A stretch of DNA of 64,000 nucleotides from Prasinococcaceae sp. CCMP 1430 (Eukaryota; Plantae; Prasinodermophyta), in the NCBI GenBank assembly GCA_013416795.1, contig RQSC01000630.1:1-64000 (forward strand), given 5' to 3'. A program made the translations under genes and the position numbers. Within the stretch, counting starts at the first letter, position 1, and every line of letters starts with the position of its first letter. The notes below the pieces were generated by a model, which ran no database searches, was not told the DNA's origin, and was given only the letters and a program-made list of their open reading frames with translations. Below are positions 1-10,335 of this stretch, piece after piece.

Positions 1-850
1 CCCGCCTGCGCGCCCCCCCCCGCACGCCCGCCCGCACGCTCTCTCTCTCGCGCGCAGCCTGGCTTGGCCGGGCGCGCGTTCTCCGCCCGTCGCTTTCGCC
101 GCGCGTCGCTCCGCAAATCCCCATGTGCGCGCATGCCGCGGCGCCCCCCCTCCCGCGCGTCGGCCCCGGCGAGAATTCAAACGCGCGCGGCGCGCGCGCG
201 CGCGCGCCTCGGGGAACCGGGGCCCGGCAACCATCAAAACGAACGCGAGGCGCGTTTGAGATTCGTTTTGATGGCGGGCGGTTCGGTTCCCCGAGGCCGC
301 GCGGCGCACGGCAGACCGACGGGCGGGCGTCGCGCGGGGAGCCCGCGTGCGGGGTAGATGATGGGACCCACCCAGCCAGAGTCCCACGCGCGACTGTGGG
401 CGCGCCGCGGCGCCACGAGTGGATGCCATGTTCGATGGGCGGAACCGTTGGTGGACCCTGACGTTCTTTGGGACAGGGGCGACGTCCGCCCGGGGCGTTC
501 CCCGACCGAGGAGCGTTCGAAACGCGCGCGTGGTCTCCGGCGCGCGCGGCCTCGCGGCCTGCCGGGCGGTGGCTGCGGGCGGGCCACACCGCGCGCACGC
601 GGCGGGGAAGGCGGAACGTGCCGCGCGCGAGAGTGGGTCATCTGATCCCTGAGGCACGCGACGGAGCGCGCCGCCGCGTCGGCGCTGGCTTGCACCGGCG
701 GCCGTCGCCGTTGCAGGTTGCAGCGTGCAACGCTTGAGCCTCCGTCGTCGCTCTTGTGTCGGTGTGCCAGCAGTGCAGTAGCCTGAGTCAGTTGGCTGAC
801 CGGCCGACCTCGATCCGATCGTTTGCGGCCTCAACCGCCGCGTGAACGCC

Positions 851-1918
851 ATGGTGCTCGAGATGCTGTCCGTCGACGGCGGCAAGCCGGCGCCGCGCGT
901 GGTCTTCCTCTTCTTGCTATACATGGCGTCGAGCGCGCTCATGCTCGTCGTGAACAAGGGCGCAGTTGTGCTGGTGCCTGCGCCGGCGCTCTTGTTGTTC
1001 TTCCAGACCCTCACGAGTTGCATATACGTCATGGTGATGCGCCAGGCCGGGAAGGCCAAGGTCAAGCTCATCCCCGAGAGGCGCACGGGAATTTTATACT
1101 TCATAGTGTCTGTCTCCTTCCTCGTGACGATTTACTCCAACATGGGGGTGCTGCGCTACGTCGGAGTGAACGCCTTTGTGATCCTCCGCTGCTCGACGCC
1201 CCTCCTGGTTGCCGGGCTCGACTGGGTGTTCCTTGGGCGCGAGCTGCCCAACGGGCGCTCGACGTTGTCGCTGGTGGGTATCGTAGGGTGCGCGGCGATT
1301 TACGTGTGGCTGCGAGTGAACGACGTCAGCTACCGGCCCACCTACGGCGAGTACAGCGTGGCATCGGGAGTCTTTTGGGGAGGGGCATGGCTCGTCATCT
1401 TTCTCTGGGATCAGATATTCATCAAGCATGTCGTGGACGGCACCAAGACGACGGGCATGGAGCGCGTGCTGTACCAAAACAGTGTCGCGACCGCCATACT
1501 CATGCTGATCGCTCTCTCCGACGTTGACAGCTCTGAGTCTTCGTACTCGATCCTCTTTGAGAAGAAGTGGTCGCTGTTGGATGTCGTGACCGTCGCTGCT
1601 CCTTGCATCGGTGGTACGATGCTCTCGTATGCTGGCCTCACCGTGCGTTCCGAGATAACAGCGACAGTCTTCACACTCGCTGGTGTGCTCTGCAAACTTT
1701 TGAGCATCCTTATCAACGAGGCACTCCTGAACGAGGAAAAGAACTACACGCGCCTCGTCGCAGTGCTCGCCGCCATCGGCTTCTCATCGATGTATCGCCA
1801 GGCACCGCTGCGCAACAAGGGCGGGGGAACGCGGGGCGGCGCACCATCCGAGTGTCAGCAGCAGCAGCAGCAGCAGCCACTCGTCGGCGAGAAGAGGGGC
1901 ACTGACACGAAGGTGTAG
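851..1918 (+). CDS. Golgi nucleotide-sugar transporter (GDP-fucose/GDP-mannose, GONST3/4-like, TPT/DMT fold)
   Basis: Intronless ORF with first ATG at 851 (gccATGg). About 10 TM helices. Motifs SSALMLVVNK, YSNMGVLRY, RC.TPLLVA.LD..FLGRELP, GMERVLYQN, TATVFTLAGVLCKLL resemble GONST3/4. Confidence 0.85.
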   Translation: MVLEMLSVDGGKPAPRVVFLFLLYMASSALMLVVNKGAVVLVPAPALLLFFQTLTSCIYVMVMRQAGKAKVKLIPERRTGILYFIVSVSFLVTIYSNMGVLRYVGVNAFVILRCSTPLLVAGLDWVFLGRELPNGRSTLSLVGIVGCAAIYVWLRVNDVSYRPTYGEYSVASGVFWGGAWLVIFLWDQIFIKHVVDGTKTTGMERVLYQNSVATAILMLIALSDVDSSESSYSILFEKKWSLLDVVTVAAPCIGGTMLSYAGLTVRSEITATVFTLAGVLCKLLSILINEALLNEEKNYTRLVAVLAAIGFSSMYRQAPLRNKGGGTRGGAPSECQQQQQQQPLVGEKRGTDTKV

Positions 1919-2107
1919 CTTCGCCGGCCTGTGATGCAACGCAAAGGACGGAATTTCGCTCGCGCGCCACACGCCCTCGCTGCTATGGCACGCAGTCGTC
2001 GGATCGTAACGGTTGCCACGCGCGTCATTTGGCGGCTCGGTACTATGATACTATTACTGTCGCGTCGCTCGTGCGCAAGCTGTCGCGATAGACGGTGCCG
2101 TTTTCAT

Positions 2108-3031
2108 TCATTGCGTCCCAAGCAACGGCTGGCGCTCTGACGCCACCGAGGTGCCGGCGCCGCCGCTGCCGCCACACCCGCTCTCCTCGTCGCCACTCGC
2201 AGCGCCACGTTTCTCGCCGCTTCCGCCCGCTGCACCATCGCTCCACCCGCTGTCGCTGCCGCCATCGGTGTGCATCTGCTCCCGCTGGAGATCACCCTCG
2301 GAAGGTGTCGACCCGTACACGCAGTACTGAATCACGAAAACGAGGTCGTACACCACGCTCAAGACGGACAGACCCCACTTCCCAGGATCGCCCAGAAAGT
2401 TTGAGGTCGTCCCGTCAGCGAGCGACTGGAGTACCATCTGCAAGAGACTCAAGACACTGCCAGACATGTCGAGCGCGACCATGCCGAGGCTCCAGCCGTA
2501 GCACGTCTTGCGTCGAAAGTTGTGCATCATTTGTGGAAAGTACTTGAACGTGGTGAATGCGAGCTGCAGGTAGGAGAAGAGAGTCACGAAGCGGAGCACT
2601 TGGCCGCGCGGGAGCGTCACGACGGCCGCCACCGCCGCTGAGGCCAGCGCACCGCCAACGAGCGCCCAGGCGACGCGACTTGGCTTCTGGCCGCCGCGCT
2701 CGTAGCACAGGTACTGCATGACCTGCGCGCCGGTGACAACAACGGCGTGCGCCGAGAACGCCACGTCCGCTCCCGTCACGGGGATGGGCGCGCCCGCGCC
2801 GTGCGCGTCCCTGTATTGCCGTTGCACCGCCGGGGAGGCGAATAGCGCGAAATTGTACGTCGCGTAGCTGGTGTGCTTGATCATGTTGAACGCCAGGAAG
2901 TCCGCGCTAAAGCCAACGACCGAGCGCCTCCTGGCGTTGAGGACCGTCTGCGGCCAAAAGGACGCGCTCCACGCTGCAAAGTACGCCCAGCCGGTCACCG
3001 CCACCCACGGCGCGTACGCGGACGGCGACAT
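2108..3031 (-). CDS. CTNS: Cystinosin-like PQ-loop cystine transporter
   Basis: GWAYFAAWSASFWPQ..LN.RRRSVVGFS.DF; second PQ loop KYFPQMMHNFRRKT..GWS; C-terminal LGDPGKWGL; dileucine-like ERQPLL tail. Confidence 0.92.
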   Translation of the reverse strand: MSPSAYAPWVAVTGWAYFAAWSASFWPQTVLNARRRSVVGFSADFLAFNMIKHTSYATYNFALFASPAVQRQYRDAHGAGAPIPVTGADVAFSAHAVVVTGAQVMQYLCYERGGQKPSRVAWALVGGALASAAVAAVVTLPRGQVLRFVTLFSYLQLAFTTFKYFPQMMHNFRRKTCYGWSLGMVALDMSGSVLSLLQMVLQSLADGTTSNFLGDPGKWGLSVLSVVYDLVFVIQYCVYGSTPSEGDLQREQMHTDGGSDSGWSDGAAGGSGEKRGAASGDEESGCGGSGGAGTSVASERQPLLGTQ

Positions 3032-3471
3032 CGGCCGAGGCGCGCATGCACGCCTACGACCACCGCCCGCCGCGCGAGCTGTGGCGCCCGCGCTGCCGGC
3101 CAGCGGCGCGGCGCCGCCGGGGTTTGGGGTTCAGGTTTCGATTTAAGGATCAGAATTACAATTAGGGTCTGTATTCCGGCTCCACCCTGATTCTGACGCT
3201 CCAGGCCTTCCGAAGGCGACATGCTGTCGATACGTATAAATGTTCTTCATTACATTTCACCACGGGAGACATTGGTAGCACACATCCATTTGGATTTCAT
3301 CAGAGGTAAAAAAGCATGCAAGTTTCGGGGCACACGCCGCGCGCGCGCGCCGGGGCCACACCGCGGCGCCGCAGCGCGCCGTGCTGCGGTGTGGGGTGTG
3401 GAGGTGTAGGGCGGCGGCCTGCCTGCCCGCCTGACTGCCTGCCTGCCTGCCTGCCTGCCTGACGGGCGCTG

Positions 3472-4170
3472 ATGGCGGCAGGCTTGCGCGCTGCGACGAG
3501 GCGAGTAAGACTGCGTACTGCCATTCCATGCGCGCGGCCGCGCGCCGGGGCGGGCGGCGGCGGGGGCGATGTCGACCGCGTCGACGGCAGCAGTGGTGGC
3601 GGCGGTGGAGGGGACGATGCGGAGGAAGAGGAGGACGCCATAAGGCGGTTGCTTGAGGAGGAGCAGGAGGGGATGCGGCCGCGGCGCGGCGCGCTGCGTT
3701 CGGCGCTCGCCGAGCGCAGCGCGGTGCCGAACATGTTCCCCGACTTTAACCCACCGCCGAGGCTGGACGCCGGCTTCATGGCGAGCGGAGGCAAAGGCGT
3801 CGCCGAAGGCCCCGCCGCGCGGCAGAGTGGGAACGGTGACGGCGTCGATGCCGAGGGTGCAGAAGGCAGCACGTACACCTATCGCTGGAAGCGCAGCGTG
3901 CTCGCGGGTGTGGAGGCCACGCCGCCGCGAAAGCGGCCAGAGGGCAGCCCTGCCCCTGCGCCGCGCCCGCCGCCGAGCGAGCCCGCCGCTTCCGCCCTCG
4001 CATCGGAGGTCGCGCGGCTGCTCACGTTCGCGCTGTACGCCGTGGCCATCGCACTCACGCTGAGCCGCGGTCTTCTGCTCCCGGACATGCAGCGGCCAGA
4101 CGCCACGGTGGACAGCGAGTACGCGCGCATGATGGCGGACGCGCAGGGCGCGCAGGCGCGGGCGCAATAG
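3472..4170 (+). CDS. Hypothetical single-pass membrane protein with Arg/Ala-rich transit-like N-terminus
   Basis: 232-aa ORF with an acidic stretch and one hydrophobic helix (LLTFALYAVAIALTL). TGTAA at 4206 after the stop. No family recognised. Confidence 0.5.
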   Translation: MAAGLRAATRRVRLRTAIPCARPRAGAGGGGGDVDRVDGSSGGGGGGDDAEEEEDAIRRLLEEEQEGMRPRRGALRSALAERSAVPNMFPDFNPPPRLDAGFMASGGKGVAEGPAARQSGNGDGVDAEGAEGSTYTYRWKRSVLAGVEATPPRKRPEGSPAPAPRPPPSEPAASALASEVARLLTFALYAVAIALTLSRGLLLPDMQRPDATVDSEYARMMADAQGAQARAQ

Positions 4171-4298
4171 CAGCCTCACACGCGCGCGCGCCGAGCGGGA
4201 AGGTGTGTAATAGCGAGGCGAGGGTGCATTATTAATGGGGGGGGGGGGGTGCGCGCGCGCGCGTGTGTGTCCCTCGGCGGCGCCGTCGGGCCGGCGGC

Positions 4299-5138
4299 TC
4301 ACCACACGATCTCGTCGCCGCTGTAGTCCAGGAATCGGCCGTTGTCGCGCTCGGCGTCAAGGCCATCCAGGACGGCCAGCATGTCGCGCACGGCGTCCTC
4401 GCGCGTGAACAGCTTTTCCGGGCGCACGTTGCGGTGCCAAGGCGCGCTGAGGGGAGTGGCCACCGTGCCCGGATGGAGGGCGACGCACGCGACGTGCCGC
4501 TTCTTTCCCTTGGACGTGCGCGCGTCGCGCCTGAGCTCGAGCGCGGCGCACGTGAGCATCTGGTTGAGGGCGGACTTGGACGCGCGGTACGAGTACCACC
4601 CCCCGAGCTTGTTGTCGCCAATGGAGCCGACGCGCGCGGACAGCGTAGCGGCGAGCGCTGGCCCGCGCTCCGCGTCGCGCTCGGTGCCGCCCGCCTGCAG
4701 CAGCGGCGCGAAGTGCTTGAGCGTGAGCATGGGCGCCACGCAGTTCACCGCGAAGACGCGCTGAGCGGCGTCGGCGTTGAGCTGCGAGAGCGCCGTTTCT
4801 GGACGCAGGCCGATCGCGGGGTCGTGCAACAGGCCGCCCGTGTTGAGCAGCGAGTCGATGGCGCCGCCGTGCTCCTCGGCGACGCGCGTGGCAGCGGCGA
4901 CGACGCTGCCCTCGTCGGTGGCGTCCAGCGCCAGCAACGATACGGTGCCCGGGTGCGCGTCGCGCAGCTCCACGAGTGCCGCACACTCTTCGGGCGCGCG
5001 GCTGCACGCGACGACGCGCTCGCCCCGTGCGGCGAGCTGCTTTGCGAACTCCGCACCGATGCCCCCCGACGCACCCTGCACGACGGCGACGCGCGCCGCG
5101 CCGCCCCCGCGCCCCGCGCGGCAGCCCCCGCGAATCAC
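4299..5138 (-). CDS. Short-chain dehydrogenase/reductase, C-factor (CsgA)-like; 5' exon unresolved
   Basis: VVQGASGGIG Rossmann motif, LSARVGSIGDN.LGGWYSYRASKSALN (YxxxK), LHPGTV.T.LS.P. The ORF opens directly after a tttttcAG acceptor (~5139), so an upstream exon is implied. Confidence 0.9.
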   Translation of the reverse strand: MIRGGCRAGRGGGAARVAVVQGASGGIGAEFAKQLAARGERVVACSRAPEECAALVELRDAHPGTVSLLALDATDEGSVVAAATRVAEEHGGAIDSLLNTGGLLHDPAIGLRPETALSQLNADAAQRVFAVNCVAPMLTLKHFAPLLQAGGTERDAERGPALAATLSARVGSIGDNKLGGWYSYRASKSALNQMLTCAALELRRDARTSKGKKRHVACVALHPGTVATPLSAPWHRNVRPEKLFTREDAVRDMLAVLDGLDAERDNGRFLDYSGDEIVW

Positions 5139-5831
5139 CTGAAAAAGATCGCCGGGGGGGCGCGCCCAGCGCGCTTTTTCGCTCCGCCCGTCGCCTCGAC
5201 CGACCGACCGGCCGGGACCCCGGGGGCCTCGGCCTCAGGCCAACGCCGAACCGGGTCTGGTTTGGTTCTGGACCCCGGGGTGACCCCCCAAAATGGCCTG
5301 CGATGCCCGTGTCCTCGCTCGCAATCCCGGGGGAGGGGCGGCCGGTCCCGCCGAGATCTTTCGCGCGCACCGGCGCGCGGGCGCGCGCGCGCCACGCGCG
5401 CGCGCGCGCCAATAGGGTTTGGGCGAGAAAGGGTTTGCGTGTGGGGGGCATCGCATTGCATCGCGGGTGCGTTCGCACGGGCGTCTCGCCCCGCGGTTTG
5501 GGGGCCGCGGCGCGCGGGTTCGCGCGCGCGCGCGCCTCAGGCGGATTTTTTTTCCCCATTGCGCTCGAGCGAATGCTCTGGTCGGCGCCGCCACCGCGGC
5601 CGCTGCGGCTGCGGCAACGCAGTCGTGGCCGCCGCCGCCGCCCCGCGCGAGGCCGCGACCGCCGCCCGCACCCCGCGCGGCCGCATCACGCGTCCTCCGG
5701 GCCACCTGTGGGCACGAGAGCCCCACCACCACCCCGCACCCTCCGTGCAGCGCACCCGCCCGCGTGGCGCACTCTGCCGCCCCTCATCCTCATCCGCATC
5801 CGTACGCATCAACACGCATGCTGAAAAATGC

Positions 5832-5896
5832 AAACCCTAAAGACATACCAGACTGTACTTTACAGTAAGTCATTTCTAATGTGAATAGTTAGGGTT
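5832..5896. promoter_or_regulatory. Telobox-like (AAACCCTAA/TTAGGGTT) pair in an AT-rich divergent promoter island
   Basis: aaaccctaa at 5832 and ttagggtt at 5889. Similar motifs at 3162, 5413, 37421, 41271 and 41289, all upstream of gene starts. Confidence 0.55.
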
Positions 5897-5967
5897 ACAG
5901 AAAAGTTCGTAACCGCCGCAAACCCGGGCGCGCGGGCGTGTGCGTGTGCGTGTGCGTGAGTGCCGCC

Positions 5968-5990
5968 ATGGGTGCGTGCGTCCTCGTCTC

Positions 5991-6044
<54 letters not shown>

Positions 6045-6514
6045 CGTGTGTGCGTGCGTGTGCGCGTCACTGCGCGTGCGCTCGCGCGCGGCCCTCACCC
6101 CCCTCTGCCTCTCCCCTTTGAGAGAGGCATGGCGTCCCCGCGCGCGCACATGCGCGTGCACACGCGCACACAGAGGCCCGCGCATGCACACGACCGCACG
6201 CGCAGATGCACGCGTGCGCGCACACGCGCCGGGGGCGCCGCCCCCGCCTCCGCCGCCGGCGCGCTACCGTACGAGCTCCAGCCTTCGGAGATCGCCTCCA
6301 TCGCCGTGGCGGACGACGACGCGGGCGGGCCGCGGCTGCTCGTGGCGGGCTTCGGCTCCCTCCTCTCCGAGCGAAGCGCGCGCTCCACCTTCCCTGAGCT
6401 GCGCGGCTTCCGCGTGGGCGCGCTGCCGGGCTTCCGGCGCGTGTTTGCGCACGCGTGCGACGTCTTCCTTGACAACGGCATCGCCGACCTGGTGCGTGCG
6501 TGCGTGCGTGCGTG

Positions 6515-6571
<57 letters not shown>

Positions 6572-6913
6572 TGGCGGCGAGCGATGCACCATGTGCATCC
6601 GTGTGCACGCGTCTATCAACTCACACTGACGCACGCACGCGAGCGCACGCAGGCCACTAAGGAGATGTCCTCGCTCTCCGTGGAGCCTTGCGCAGGCGCG
6701 ACGACGGTGGTGTCGCTCTTCACAATTCCGGCAACGGACGCCGACATCGCCGCCTTCGTCGCGCGCGAGCACGAGTTCAGGTTCATGGCCGTCACCGCAA
6801 TGGGTGCGTCCGCGCGTTGCTCGTGGCGCGCGCGCACACACACACACACATTTGCACACACGCACGCACGCGCGCGCACACATACGCCCACACAGGCGCG
6901 CCTGTGCGCACAC

Positions 6914-6959
<46 letters not shown>

Positions 6960-7533
6960 TTGCATACGCATGCGCGCGCGTCCCCGCCCTCACATGCATG
7001 CAGAGGCGGATGGCGTCACCGTGGCGTCCGCACCGGCGGTGGTTTGCGCGGCGTACACCGATGAGGAATACCGGCGCGTTCGCTGCGCGCCGGGGGAGTT
7101 CGAGGCGCGCTACGCCTCGCGTGGCATCGACAGGCTGTGGCGCGACGACGTGCTGCCCTGCCGCGCCTACCTGCGACACTGTGTGCTGGCGGCGGACAAG
7201 CTGGGCCCGGAGGTGCGTGTGTGTATGTGTCTGTGTGCGGGTGTGGGTTTGGGTGTGGATGTCGTTGTGCATGTGTGTGCCTGTGTGTGCGTGCCTATGT
7301 GTGCCTGTGTGTGCGTGCGTGTGTGCGCGCGTGCGTTTGTGTGCTTGTGTCTTCGCACCCGGTGAGCGCGCCTGCTAACGCGCGCGTGCTCGGTGCTGTA
7401 GGTGTACGACTCGTTCGTCGATGGCACCTACCTCGCGGATAGGCGCACGACCGTGCGCGAGTGGCTGGCGGCAAACCCGGAGATCATGACCACGCTGCCG
7501 CCGCCAGCGCTCGCCGTGCGATATGGAGGCTAG
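5968..7533 (+). CDS. Conserved green-lineage protein of gamma-glutamylcyclotransferase (GGCT/AIG2)-like fold, spliced
   Basis: Exons ..6491, 6653-6803, 7004-7212, 7402-7533 join in frame: GFGSLLSERSARSTFP..FRRVFAH..KEMSSLSVEP..REHEFRF..WRDDVLPCRAYLRHCVLAA..RYGG*. Start uncertain (ATG 5968 followed by a donor, or ATG 6129). Fold assignment is inference from the GFGSL motif. Confidence 0.8.
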
Positions 7534-7779
7534 GCGCGCGCAGCGACGAGCGAGCGCGTGCGTGCTCGCACGTACGCGCTCGCTCGCACACACACGTACA
7601 CACACATGTACACACGTGCGCGCGCACACACACGCGCGCGAGCGAGCGCGTGCGCACAGGATTGAATGAAAGCCGCCGGCTCTCGCCATTGGCAGCATTT
7701 CATTGCACGAGCGTGCGGGACCGCGCCCCGCGGTGTGTGTGTCTGTGCGTGTGTGCGCGCGCGCCGCTGCGCCCTGCGC

Positions 7780-8751
7780 TCACGCGAAGTCCGCGAAGCG
7801 CGCCACCTTGCCCTCCGCCTCCACCTTGGGCCCCAGCTGCGCCAGCTTGCCCTCGTCCATCATGCCGAACAGCCCGCCCGTGTGCACGAAGACCACTCTG
7901 CGCCCCGCCCACGCGCCGGGGTCGGACGCCATCTCCCGCAGGAGGCCGTGCAACGCCTTCCCGCTGTACACCGGGTCGAGCACCACGCCCGTCGCCCTGT
8001 GTGTGTGCGTGTGTGTGTGTGTGAGTGTACGTGTGTGCGTGAGTGCGTGTGCGTGCGTGCGTGTGTGCATGAGTGTGCGCGCGCGAAGAGGAGCAAGCCA
8101 GCGGCGGCGTACAAGCGCGTGTGCGCACCTGGCCACTGCGCGCACGGTGTCGAGCTCCTCGTCGGTGGCCACCGCGTAGCCCGCGCCCTTGGCGTCCACC
8201 ACGCGCATAAGCTCGCGCGCATCGTACGCCCCGGCGCCATCACCCTCGCCCCCCTCGCCCACGCCGACGCCCGCCATGCCGTCGATGAGGCCCTGGCAGT
8301 AGTCGTAGAAGTACTCGGGGGAGTCGCACACCGAGTACGCAGTCACGCGCGGGGGCTGAGGATGCGCCAAAGACGCGAAGCGGGCGGAGCGCGCGCGTCA
8401 GCGCGTGCGCTGGCGCGTTTGTGCTATGTGTGTGTGTGTGTTTGTGTGTGTTCGTGTGTGTGTGTGTTCGTGCGTGTGTGCGCGCGCGCGCGTCCGCACC
8501 TGGCCTCCACCTTCGCCACTGCCGCCTCCCTCGCCCGCGTTTGCGTGCTCGTGCGCGAGCCTCGCCCCGAGCGCGAGCCCTGCGGCGGTGCCGCCCGAGC
8601 CCGTCGCGACCACCACGTCGGTAACGCCCACGCCGGCGTCGTCCGCCTGCTCGGCGAGCTCCTATCGAGTGTGTGTGTGGGGTGGGGTGGGGGGGGGGGA
8701 TGCGGGGAGGAGGTGCGGGGCATTGTGTCAGCGCGCACGCGCACGTGACAT

Positions 8752-8791
<40 letters not shown>

Positions 8792-9362
8792 CTTGGCAGC
8801 AAGCAGGTAGCCCCACGTGCCCAGCGCATTGGAGCCACCCACAGGAACGACGTACGGCGCGCGCCCCGCCGCGGACAGCCGCGCGGCGGCCATCTCGCCC
8901 AGCGCGACGCTGCCGTGCGTGGCGTACCTGAGGCGATGACAACACGAGGCAGGTGTTTCAGAGGGCAGGGGCGTCGTCAGCGCATGGCATATACACGAGC
9001 GCACACACGCGAACAAACACACACACACACGCACACACACACACACACGTACACGCACGCATGCACACACGCACACACACGCTCGCACGCTCATGCGGAT
9101 GCGCCCCCACGTACTCGCGCTTGGAGACGAGCTCGACGTCCGCGCCCACGAGCCGCTCCACCAGCAGGTTTCCAGAGAGCCCCGGGTCGGCGTCGACCTC
9201 CGCGGCGCTGGTGCGCAGCACGAGGTGCGAGTCGAGGCCCACGTAGCGCGCGGCCACCGCGGTGGCGCGGCAGTGGTTGCTCTGCACGCCGCCCAGCGTC
9301 ACCACCGTGTCCGCGCCGCGCGCCAGCGCGTCGGCGAGGAGGAACTCGAGCTTGCGAACCTG

Positions 9363-9453
<91 letters not shown>

Positions 9454-9454
9454 N

Positions 9455-9525
<71 letters not shown>

Positions 9526-9817
9526 CGTGTGTGTGCGCGTGCGTGCGCGCGCGCATGTGTAAGCACAAGCGCACGTGGGCGCCCGTGTCTCCGCGCGCGA
9601 GCACGGGCGCAAGCGCGAGTGCGTCGTCGTTGTGGGCAGGCGCCCTCGAGTTCCTCGCTCTCACCTTGTTCCCCGAGAGCTGCATCCCCGAGAGGTCGTC
9701 CCTCTTGATGTAGAGCTCGCACCCGTCGGGCACGCCGGGCACGCCGCGCCACGGCGCGAGCGGCGTGGGCAGCGCGCCGAGCGGCACGCGACCGCCGGTG
9801 CCCGCGCGCGCGGCCAT
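7780..9817 (-). CDS. DCD: D-cysteine desulfhydrase (PLP-dependent, ACC-deaminase family), 6 exons
   Basis: Exons 9817-9665, 9359-9115, 8927-8792, 8661-8500, 8355-8129, 7996-7780 splice in frame. Motifs KRDDLSGMQLSGNK|VRKLEFLL, GGVQSNHCRATA, PVGGSN..G..GY, GSGGT.AGL, LDPVYSGKA, HTGG. Confidence 0.95.
9366..9520. repeat. (GT)n microsatellite, ~155 bp, inside DCD intron 1
   Basis: Direct reading. Contains one N, so the length is unreliable. Confidence 0.95.
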
Positions 9818-9976
9818 CGCGAGCGCCACCACCACCGGGCGCACGCAGCAGCAGCAGCAGCGCGGCACGTGTGTGTGGCACGCGCGCGTGCGCACACACG
9901 TGTGCACAATCACACACTCCCCTCCCTCGCACACACGCGTGCACACACACACACACGCACACACACACACACACAA

Positions 9977-10008
<32 letters not shown>

Positions 10009-10191
10009 CACACGCGCGCGCACACACACAGCGCGCACACACACACACACACACAGCGCGCACACACACAGCACGCACACAGCGCGCACGCAGCACACAC
10101 ACAGCACACACGCGAGTGCGCCAACACCGTCGTTCCCGTTCCCCGTTCCTTCCTCCTTTCGTTTTGATACTGTGTTGCCGCTCGATGTGGC

Positions 10192-10208
10192 TCTCCCGTG
10201 GGTTACAT
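10192..10208. promoter_or_regulatory. Recurring TCTCCCGTGG(G)TTAC motif (candidate cis-element)
   Basis: Copies at 3260 (-), 10192, 23660, 49831 (-) and 61082, all in non-coding islands. Confidence 0.5.
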
Positions 10209-10335
10209 ATAGCCGGGTGCCATACGGCGCTGCCGGCGGGGGCGTTCCCCCGGCGCGGCGGGCCGCGCGGGGCACTGCCGTGCACCTCGTCGCCGAATGC
10301 TCTCTGCGAGCCTACACCCACGAGGAGGCGGCGCG

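Noticed and set aside
357-461. Possible C/D-box snoRNA (ATGATG..CTGA)
   Set aside because: Imperfect C box, no convincing terminal stem or recognisable rRNA guide; would need an Infernal search.
5832-5896. Interstitial telomere or chromosome-fusion scar
   Set aside because: Only single CCCTAA units, not tandem arrays; better explained as teloboxes.
5876-10275. Many ORFs rich in CVCVCV/THTHTH/ARAR
   Set aside because: They are translations of (GT)n/(CA)n/(CG)n intronic microsatellites, not metal-binding proteins.
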